Shown here in pieces: positions 10,057 through 17,547 of a stretch of 64,000 nt of DNA. The stretch is from positions 80,714 through 144,713 of the forward strand of contig JBHLMN010000017.1 in assembly GCA_048938105.1 (NCBI GenBank). Reading direction: 5' to 3'. The position numbers were made by a program, and so were the translations under genes. How positions within the stretch are numbered: the first letter of the stretch is position 1; each line of letters starts with the position of its first letter. Origin of the DNA: Promethearchaeota archaeon (lineage in GTDB: Archaea > Asgardarchaeota > Heimdallarchaeia > Hodarchaeales > Hodarchaeaceae). The notes beneath the pieces are model-generated. The model saw nothing but the letters and a program-made list of their open reading frames with translations. It was not told the origin of the DNA and made no database searches.

Positions 10057-11445
10057 TTGATGCGAATGTCTGATTCATCATTAATAGATGTCATGAGAAG
10101 AGCTGAAACAGGCCCAATTTGTCTGGAAAAGGATTTTGATAGAAATAAATTAAGAATAAAACTCCAAGAGGTTATAAAAGAGTATAATATCTCATATAAT
10201 CCAGATTTTTTAATTCCGAATGATAATGACTTAGCGGACGCGCTGTTTAATGCTGCATTGGATCTTTATCTGGAAATAGGTACCTTATGTGTGAGTACAC
10301 ACCGACAAATCAAGTTTGAAGAAACAGAAATCAAGGTAGCTTTACAGAATGCAGCTAAACATGTTATATTTGGTGAGGGGTCTGATACAAGAGAAATGGC
10401 ACCTCGAAAGATAGAAGATCAAACTCCTCCTCTTTGCTTAACTTCAGGTGGAGGTGAAATCTCTGAAGACATCTACGTTCAAGTAGTTCAGAGTTACGCA
10501 CAAAATTCCCTAGCTGACACTATAAGTGGTGGATGTCCATTGCACACCATTTTTGGTATTGCTCCCAAAGCAGGTACTCCTGCAGAAGTATTAGCATCTA
10601 TGTACAATGTTATCTATTCAAAAGAGGGAGCAAAAAGAGCAGGTCGTCCTTTGATAGGTTTTCATAATCTACTCGGAACTGCTCTCTCAGCAGCAGGGTA
10701 TATCTCCGCAAGTCAACCCGAACTTGGTGTTAGACCTGTTGATGGAAACCTCATTGCTTCTCTTGCTGAACTTAAAACGGATTACAATCAGCTTACTAAA
10801 GCCTTATATTACTCTCAGCGAAAAAATGTCCTGTCAGGAGCTGTATACGTACCATTGATGGGAGGATACGGTGGAGGGCCTGAAGGAACTGCAATTGTCA
10901 CTCTAGCACACCATCTGCAAGGACTTCTTGTCCACGATGTTTCTTATGCAGACTTTCCAGTTACCCATCTAAGGTATTCTTGTAGTACAGCGCGAGAATC
11001 CTTATGGGTCGCTAGTATCGTTGGCCAGGCACTTAGTCGAAATACTCATCTCTTAACTGCTACTGAAGCCATCACTGCTGCTGGTCCCTGTACAGAAATG
11101 TGTTTACTAGAGGTTGCAGCAAGTTCGATTGTTGGTACCGTTTCAGGTATTCATATAAATAACGCATCTGCAACAAAAAGTCAATATCTCGATCGTGAAA
11201 CAGGTATGGAAGCTAGAATAGGCTGTGAAGTCGGCCATGCAACCACAGGTTTGAAAAGAACTGATGCAAACGAGTTAGTGACCCAACTTGTTGCTAAATA
11301 TGAGCAGAAGCTAGGAAATCCACCCCTTGGCCATAGGTTTCAAGAATGTTATGATATAAATACTGTAAAACCTTCTAAAGAGTATTTAAATGTTTATAAA
11401 CGGGTAAGAAAAGTATTACAAGAGCTGGGACTCAATTTAGAGTGA
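10057..11445 (+). CDS. mtmB: Monomethylamine:corrinoid methyltransferase MtmB homologue, no pyrrolysine
   Basis: RAETGPICLEKDFD, LADALFNAALDL, AGRP, ELKTDY, GGYGGGPEGTAIV, AGPCTEMCLLE, FQECYD. No in-frame TAG; His at the Pyl-equivalent site. Confidence 0.88.
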   Translation: MMRMSDSSLIDVMRRAETGPICLEKDFDRNKLRIKLQEVIKEYNISYNPDFLIPNDNDLADALFNAALDLYLEIGTLCVSTHRQIKFEETEIKVALQNAAKHVIFGEGSDTREMAPRKIEDQTPPLCLTSGGGEISEDIYVQVVQSYAQNSLADTISGGCPLHTIFGIAPKAGTPAEVLASMYNVIYSKEGAKRAGRPLIGFHNLLGTALSAAGYISASQPELGVRPVDGNLIASLAELKTDYNQLTKALYYSQRKNVLSGAVYVPLMGGYGGGPEGTAIVTLAHHLQGLLVHDVSYADFPVTHLRYSCSTARESLWVASIVGQALSRNTHLLTATEAITAAGPCTEMCLLEVAASSIVGTVSGIHINNASATKSQYLDRETGMEARIGCEVGHATTGLKRTDANELVTQLVAKYEQKLGNPPLGHRFQECYDINTVKPSKEYLNVYKRVRKVLQELGLNLE

Positions 11446-11454
11446 GTTCAGTAA

Positions 11455-11955
11455 TCAAATTTTTGAAAGAAGAGTTATAAACTCTTCCTTATCAAAGGAT
11501 TCATTCAGATCTAAAGTCAGAGGAGGAGAAAAGACAGGATCTATTCGATAAAAATCTGGTATAGCTAAAATATTCTTATCATGGGTTGCTATTTTCACGA
11601 CATTCCTGTCCTTCATCGTTGCTAAGATTGATGCATCTCGTCCTCCAATCCCATGGATTCGATAATCTCCTAAGAGAGTCATTGATTCTGCTAAAAGCCG
11701 CACATCAAAATCTGCAAGAATTACATTCTTAAGAGCAATGATTCCTAATGCTGCATTATAAGCTGTAGTAAAATCTACAGAAGGCTTCTTAGAAATAGAA
11801 TGCAGTACTTCTAATGGGATTATAGTGTTTAATACTATCTGTTCCTGGGATTGAAGAACTCCGTCCTTACCCCTTAACCAGCTTTTTACATTCTTTGATT
11901 CTGGTGCATAGGGATCATAATTATAAATCCAAATCATTGAATCAATAGTGATCAC
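11455..11955 (-). CDS. vapC: PIN-domain (VapC-like) toxin
   Basis: ITIDSMIWIY, E in IPLEV, GRDASILA and ATHDKN give the PIN acidic residues. Confidence 0.82.
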   Translation of the reverse strand: MITIDSMIWIYNYDPYAPESKNVKSWLRGKDGVLQSQEQIVLNTIIPLEVLHSISKKPSVDFTTAYNAALGIIALKNVILADFDVRLLAESMTLLGDYRIHGIGGRDASILATMKDRNVVKIATHDKNILAIPDFYRIDPVFSPPLTLDLNESFDKEEFITLLSKI

Positions 11956-11966
11956 CTTGAAATCCC

Positions 11967-12200
11967 TCAGAACAACTTTTCGAATTTGATTGGTGAATTT
12001 GTTTCTTGTTTCAGGGATTCGCTGATATTATCGGAGAGATTCTCAAACTCTTTAGCTGAAAGGACTTTTTTTATAAGCAGAAAATCTTTAATTATCGATA
12101 AGTTCAGTTCTACTCCAGCTGTTAATCCTAACTTTTTTCGCAATTCTCGCGGGATAGTAATTCTACCTTTTTCATCAATTGAAACTTTCATAAATACCAC
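11967..12200 (-). CDS. AbrB/MazE/SpoVT-family antitoxin
   Basis: SIDEKGRITIPRELRKKLGL motif; lies immediately upstream of the PIN gene. Confidence 0.88.
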   Translation of the reverse strand: MVFMKVSIDEKGRITIPRELRKKLGLTAGVELNLSIIKDFLLIKKVLSAKEFENLSDNISESLKQETNSPIKFEKLF

Positions 12201-12249
12201 TAAGTGGGCCGAGGTGGGAATTCATTAAAATTTTTCTGTATGGTCTTAA

Positions 12250-12777
12250 CTAGAGAAACTCCGTTAAAGTCTTTTTTTGTGATTCTAAAGCCAAGAGCTT
12301 TTCTTTTCTCCACAGTCCTCCACCATATCCATGTAATTTTCCATTACTAGCAATCACACGATGACAAGGGACAACAATAGCAACGGGATTATTCCCATTT
12401 GCTCGCCCAACTGCTCGGGAGGCAGATGATTTGCCTATTGTTTTTGCTATCTCTCCATAGGATCTAGTTTCTCCATAAGGAATCTTTTGTAATGCGTTCC
12501 AAACAGAGGTTTCAAAAGGAGTGCCTCGTAAATCTAGTGGAATAGAAAAATCACGTAATTTCCCGTTAAAATATTCTTTCAGCTCAATTTCAAGCTTATC
12601 AAGAATCGGATGTGATCCTTCAATGCAATCAAGTCGGTACCATTTTTTGTATCGTGTTTTAATGTTGAATAAGTCATGCCTATCTTTGAATTCAAGAAGA
12701 CAACAGCCTTTAGAGGTTGTACCAACGATTAAGTCACCTAAAGGGCTATCCAAATATCGATAGACTAGTTTAGACAT
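12250..12777 (-). CDS. ogt: Methylated-DNA-[protein]-cysteine S-methyltransferase (AdaB/Ogt)
   Basis: GTPFETSVWNALQKIPYGETRSY, RAVGRANGNNP and PCHRV active site. Start reassigned to ATG 12777 (MSKLVY), which overlaps the upstream stop. Confidence 0.93.
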   Translation of the reverse strand: MSKLVYRYLDSPLGDLIVGTTSKGCCLLEFKDRHDLFNIKTRYKKWYRLDCIEGSHPILDKLEIELKEYFNGKLRDFSIPLDLRGTPFETSVWNALQKIPYGETRSYGEIAKTIGKSSASRAVGRANGNNPVAIVVPCHRVIASNGKLHGYGGGLWRKEKLLALESQKKTLTEFL

Positions 12778-13312
12778 GGCGAGTCTCTCCAGGAGGGTGT
12801 CCAAATTCTTTAGAGAAAGCAGTTCTGAACCCACTATTGGACTTATATCCACAATGAGATGGGAGCTTTTTAACCCTCATTCCTTTTCTGAGTAATTCTT
12901 TTGCGTAAGCTAAGCGAAGTTTACGGTGAAATGCCATTGGAGTTAACTGATAATGATTTTTGAAATGCCGTCTAATAGTAGAGATCTCTACTCCTGAAAT
13001 CCGAATCAAAGTTTTCTCATCAATTCTCTTTGAAACATTCCTTTTCATATAAGAAAGAACCTTTTCCAACCAATTAGGAACATTATTGGGAAATAAATCT
13101 GGTTTACATCGTTTACAGCTTCGATATCCTGCAACAATTGCTTCTTCTCTCGTTGAAAAGAATACCATGTTTTTCTCCAATGACAATCTTGCTTTACATG
13201 AAGGAAGACAGAATATTTTCATCGTCCGCACCCCCACATAAAAATATCCATCGTATGAAGCATCACGTCTTATTCGTGCACTAACCATTTCTTCATACGT
13301 AAGTTTTTTCAT
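12770..13312 (-). CDS. adaA: Ada N-terminal Zn-binding methylphosphotriester methyltransferase + AraC HTH (AdaA-like)
   Basis: RDASYDGYFYVGV, IFCLPSCKAR, GYRSCKRCKP, AraC-type CGYKSNSGFRTAFSKEFG. Start ATG 13312 follows an AGGAG RBS. Confidence 0.88.
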   Translation of the reverse strand: MKKLTYEEMVSARIRRDASYDGYFYVGVRTMKIFCLPSCKARLSLEKNMVFFSTREEAIVAGYRSCKRCKPDLFPNNVPNWLEKVLSYMKRNVSKRIDEKTLIRISGVEISTIRRHFKNHYQLTPMAFHRKLRLAYAKELLRKGMRVKKLPSHCGYKSNSGFRTAFSKEFGHPPGETRHV

Positions 13313-13433
13313 GATGAGAACTCCTTTCACGATTATTTTAAACATTGTGCCTATTTTCGAGCAAGTAATTCGATATCACATGAATTCAGGATTTTCTTTT
13401 AATGAATAGAATGTGCAATGTAAAAAAAGATTA

Positions 13434-14819
13434 CTAGTAAATGAACGGAACACCGAGATCGTCAAGCTGCTTACGAATAACTTGATAAAGATCCAAATAT
13501 TCTGTTGAAGGCTTGCACCGCTGTACGTCATAACATTCTCGAAAATCTTTACCTAATGGAGCTTTCTCTATCCTATCTTCGTAAGTCTTGAGAAGAGTAA
13601 GAACAAGCTCATTAACATCACTTCTTGACAGTTGCTCTTTTGTTATTCCCAACCCTACTTCAGCAGCCATCCGTGCTTCCAATGGAGTAGCATAGTTTTT
13701 GTGTCTATTTTTTGCAACAGCCATTATCCAGAGATTTGAACCAGAAACAACTGAAGCAAGAGCGTGAGTTGCTGCCTCTCTTAAAACCATGGGTGTACAT
13801 GGTCCAGCAGCAGCATAACTAGCCGATAAAGAGATTAAATTACTGTTACGCGCTAACGCTTGGTAAGTTGTTGTCAATACCCAGAGAAGCTCCCGTGTTG
13901 TATTGCAGGTGTGCTTTAAGTGAAAGGGAAAGTAAACCATGAAATGTGCCTGATTCACAAGTAGACCCATTAAGTGATACGCAAGTCCAACAATAGCGGT
14001 TCCTTCGGGCCCTCCTGCATAACCACCCATAATAGGCCCAGCCAATGCCCCTACGAAACAGCCATAGCTGTGGAAATGTACCATTTTGTTCAGTAGAGAG
14101 TTATTCACTTTTAACTCCGTAATACTTGCCACAAAACGCCCATCAGTCAGTCTCTCTCCCCATTCAGGATTACTTGCTGCAATTTGCGCAGCATCAGATT
14201 CCGCAGTTCCAACACTTTTAAGAAAGATTCCAGGCCGACCCACTCTTCGGGCAGCCTCCCGAAACATCATGGCATGAGAAACAGATCCCTTTACTTCTGA
14301 GGGATATCCTGAGCGAATGGGCATCCCTTCTATCTCATCAAGGATGGGAGCACAGACTCCATCTGCTAGAGGCTCCTGCAAGTAAGCCATACTCATTGGG
14401 ACAAAAAGATCTTCATCACAAGTGATGTCAGGTGTGAACATACAGAAAGGCTTTCGAGAATCTGTTATTTGTCGATTTGAAATCTCTCTCGAATCACGTC
14501 CAAATCCTAATGTGAACCTGCCAGGGTAGTTTCCGAGAGCCTCTTTCACCTCTTCTTCTGTAAATAAAACCCTTCTATGAGTATCAGTCACCAAAGTTCC
14601 CACAGTCAGGTAAAGATCTTTTGCAGCGTCCCAAAGATTATCTACTAGAGTATTATCTTCTGGAACTGGTGTTTGGGGATCAAAATGAATATCATATTCC
14701 TTGATAATCCTCCGCAATTCAGGAACTAAGAATTTAAGGTCGAAATCCTTTTCTAAACAAACTGGCCCATTTTGTGCCCTGTCCAGTACTTCATTGATAC
14801 GCCATGGAGGAGTTCCCAT
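13434..14819 (-). CDS. mtmB: Second MtmB homologue, no pyrrolysine
   Basis: RAQNGPVCLEKDFD, VGRPG, ELKVN, GGYAGGPEGTAIV, AGPCT, FRECYD. Lys at the Pyl-equivalent site; start ATG 14819 follows a GGTGA RBS. Confidence 0.88.
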   Translation of the reverse strand: MGTPPWRINEVLDRAQNGPVCLEKDFDLKFLVPELRRIIKEYDIHFDPQTPVPEDNTLVDNLWDAAKDLYLTVGTLVTDTHRRVLFTEEEVKEALGNYPGRFTLGFGRDSREISNRQITDSRKPFCMFTPDITCDEDLFVPMSMAYLQEPLADGVCAPILDEIEGMPIRSGYPSEVKGSVSHAMMFREAARRVGRPGIFLKSVGTAESDAAQIAASNPEWGERLTDGRFVASITELKVNNSLLNKMVHFHSYGCFVGALAGPIMGGYAGGPEGTAIVGLAYHLMGLLVNQAHFMVYFPFHLKHTCNTTRELLWVLTTTYQALARNSNLISLSASYAAAGPCTPMVLREAATHALASVVSGSNLWIMAVAKNRHKNYATPLEARMAAEVGLGITKEQLSRSDVNELVLTLLKTYEDRIEKAPLGKDFRECYDVQRCKPSTEYLDLYQVIRKQLDDLGVPFIY

Positions 14820-14871
14820 TTTTCTCACCAAATATTTTTTCTTATTCAAAATAAACAGTAGATCTTTTGAT

Positions 14872-15549
14872 TTAGAACCAGACCAAAATTTCAGATAATT
14901 TCTTTCTTTTTATATCAGGAACGGTTACATCTTCTTTTGGAAATCCAATAGGCATTATAACAAACGCTTTCTCGTTTTTAGGCCGTTTTAAAAGATTTCG
15001 TAGAAAATTCATACTGATAGGTGTGTGTGTTAATGTTGCTAAACCTGCATTATGGATGGCCATGATGAGTATCCCAACAGCAATTCCAACACTCTTAGTT
15101 ACGTAATAATTTTTTCGTTTGTTATTGAATTCATCCAAATGATATTTTTGTTGAAAAACAACTATTAGATAGGGAGCTATTTCTAGAAACGGTTTTCTCC
15201 AAGTTGTTCCTAAAGGAGCTAAGTCTTGACGCCACTCCTCTGATATTTTACGTTCGTAAAATTCTTTTTCTTCAAGTTCTGCAGCTTCTCGGATCTTATG
15301 TTTGAGAACAGGATCACTGACAATAACAAATGTCCAGGGTTGTTTATTTGCTCCTGAGGGGGCCGTACCAGCAGTTTTGATAATATTCTTAATGATTTCT
15401 CGTGGAAAAGGCTTATCTGAAAAATCTCGTATTGATCTACGAGAATTGGCAAGATGATACATTTCTTGAGCTCTTCTACTCATATCCTCCTTGGAATATG
15501 TTTGAAAGTGATAGGGAATAAATGGATACTTATTTTCCATTGATCTCAC
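14872..15549 (-). CDS. Iodotyrosine deiodinase-family (nitroreductase superfamily) flavoprotein
   Basis: RRSIRDFS, AGTAPSGANKQPWTF, lid EEKEFY...W..DLAPLGTTWRKPFLEIAP and LTHTP match the IYD subgroup. Confidence 0.85.
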   Translation of the reverse strand: MRSMENKYPFIPYHFQTYSKEDMSRRAQEMYHLANSRRSIRDFSDKPFPREIIKNIIKTAGTAPSGANKQPWTFVIVSDPVLKHKIREAAELEEKEFYERKISEEWRQDLAPLGTTWRKPFLEIAPYLIVVFQQKYHLDEFNNKRKNYYVTKSVGIAVGILIMAIHNAGLATLTHTPISMNFLRNLLKRPKNEKAFVIMPIGFPKEDVTVPDIKRKKLSEILVWF

Positions 15550-15668
15550 CTCAAATTAGGCATGAGATGTATTTTAATGATCAATAGAAATACATATTCA
15601 CTTTCACTAATTGTAGTATATCTTAGTGTTATATCCTCTGAGAATCTGGTAAAGTAAGTAGATGATAT

Positions 15669-17267
15669 ATGGATCCCAAAGAAAAAAGATTTTTATCAGA
15701 AATTAGTGATATTTCAGGTCAAAAACTACTAAAAGTCGATAAAGTGGGATATGGAAGAAATGGTTATGTTGAGAAGCGTAATCGTATAATAAAATTATCC
15801 ATTTCCAATCTAAAACTCTATTATATTCCAGAAAGTATAGAGAATTTAAATGAACTAAAAGCTCTTCATATGGGGGGAAATTATCTAACTAAAATATCAG
15901 ACCCGATCCTAACCCTAAGGAATTTGGAAATTCTAGAAGCTTGGGACAATCGGATTGAATCAATTCCTAATGATATTGGAGTTTTGGAAAAAGTTTGGCG
16001 ATTACATCTCGCAGGAAATAAAATAACCGAGCTTCCGTTTTCTATTGGTAATCTGCCAATGAAGAAGCTGTATCTCAAACATAACAATGTTAGTTATGTT
16101 CCCGAAAGTATTGGGAACTGGATAAACCTCGATGTTTTTGGTTTACCTCTCAATAATCTTCCCTCACTACCAGAAACTATTAATGGTTGGAAAAACGTCC
16201 GTGTAATCTCAGTTTGGCAAAATAAGCTTAGAACGTTACCAGATGTTCAACTCAACGTTAAAGAATTACGAATTAATAATAATTATTTTACAGAAGTACC
16301 TCCTCGGGTGTACGAGATCAAACAATTAAGGAAACTTTGGTTGAATAGTAATCAATTGACAGAGATACCAGAAATTCCAAGAGGACATCTTCAAAATTTA
16401 TGGTTTCTAGATTTACAGAATAATCTCCTTTCTACATTACCTAAGTCCCTTCAGCAATTACCTAACCTCCGTGATTTAAGACTCTCAGGTAACCTATTTG
16501 ATTCCTATCCAAACTGGTTGGATTCTCTTAAAGGTTATAAAGTTGATACCACGACTCATAAGCGACAAGTAAAACAACCAGATTATATTGGAGTCAAGAA
16601 ATATGTGAAATATCTTGAAGATAATCACTTACCAATAGAACACTTAGTAGAGATCAAGCGACTCCAGAGATATCTCGAGAATGAGAAAGGTTTCTCCAGA
16701 ATTGTGAAAGCAAAGGCTGATGATGTTAAAGATTATATTGCACAAGGAGGTATCACAGCTTTTGCATTGAGATCTCTATATCTATATTTCTCTTGGCTTC
16801 AGGATTATCCATTACGTCGAATTATCAAAGAAGAATTAGAGAATTTTGCACAGATAATGAGTATCAATCTTCAAGATGTCAGAAGGCTTGTTGAGGAATC
16901 ACAGGTTGTGACATCATTATTAACAGTAGACGGAATAGAAGAAAAGACTCCTAATATTGTTTCTCAACCACCACAAGTTGTAGAGAAAATTGAGGGGGAT
17001 GAATGGGAGTCTTTCAAAACCAAACTAGATAAAACATCTATAAAAGCGTTAGAAATTCTCTTAAAGGCTTCAAAACCTAAAAACGCACTTAAAAAATTCG
17101 CTGATGGCCAAAACAGACTCCCAGAAACCCTTCTTGAATCTATTAATGAATTAGCATTGGAAATGATTGGTGATCTACTCATTGACCAAGAGACCTGTCA
17201 AATCACAGAAGTTAATTATAGAGAGAAATTACTTGAAATTTTCTTTAGAAAAGGGAAAGTAGAATAA
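15669..17267 (+). CDS. Leucine-rich-repeat protein with integrase-SAM-like middle domain and C-terminal TerB-C domain
   Basis: About 10 LxxLxLxxNxLxxLP repeats. The C-terminus (EESQVVTSLL...LPETLLESINELALEMIGDLLID) aligns with the C-terminus of the next gene. Confidence 0.82.
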   Translation: MDPKEKRFLSEISDISGQKLLKVDKVGYGRNGYVEKRNRIIKLSISNLKLYYIPESIENLNELKALHMGGNYLTKISDPILTLRNLEILEAWDNRIESIPNDIGVLEKVWRLHLAGNKITELPFSIGNLPMKKLYLKHNNVSYVPESIGNWINLDVFGLPLNNLPSLPETINGWKNVRVISVWQNKLRTLPDVQLNVKELRINNNYFTEVPPRVYEIKQLRKLWLNSNQLTEIPEIPRGHLQNLWFLDLQNNLLSTLPKSLQQLPNLRDLRLSGNLFDSYPNWLDSLKGYKVDTTTHKRQVKQPDYIGVKKYVKYLEDNHLPIEHLVEIKRLQRYLENEKGFSRIVKAKADDVKDYIAQGGITAFALRSLYLYFSWLQDYPLRRIIKEELENFAQIMSINLQDVRRLVEESQVVTSLLTVDGIEEKTPNIVSQPPQVVEKIEGDEWESFKTKLDKTSIKALEILLKASKPKNALKKFADGQNRLPETLLESINELALEMIGDLLIDQETCQITEVNYREKLLEIFFRKGKVE

Positions 17268-17547
17268 TTTTCTTATATAGCTTTTTCATCTTATGAACAT
17301 ATTATAAACCTTTTTAAATGACTTCTCATCCAAAGCTCAATCATTAGTGTCAATTAATATATGTTTTCACACTCTAGATACTGTTTGGAGTTATTCTGAT
17401 ATTGAAGAAGGTGTGTAATAATATTATAAACGTGCTATTGTATTATCCTCTTATTAAATATTATTCTCTTACCGACTCTGAATAACTTACACACAGGAGT
17501 TGTTGAGATAAGAAGAATTAAATGAGTTGTACAGGTAGCATCTTTCG

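Noticed and set aside
13346-13433. Ada box (AAT-N6-GCAA) upstream of adaA
   Set aside because: Only imperfect matches (TAT-N6-GCAA, AAT-N7-GCAA), which are expected by chance.
10057-14849. Pyrrolysine (amber) recoding or a PYLIS element in the mtmB genes
   Set aside because: Both ORFs are uninterrupted, with sense codons (CAT, AAA) at the Pyl site; no pyl genes are in the window.
16580-16830. Integrase or prophage
   Set aside because: Only a SAM-like helical segment; no catalytic R-H-R-Y domain, att sites or viral genes.
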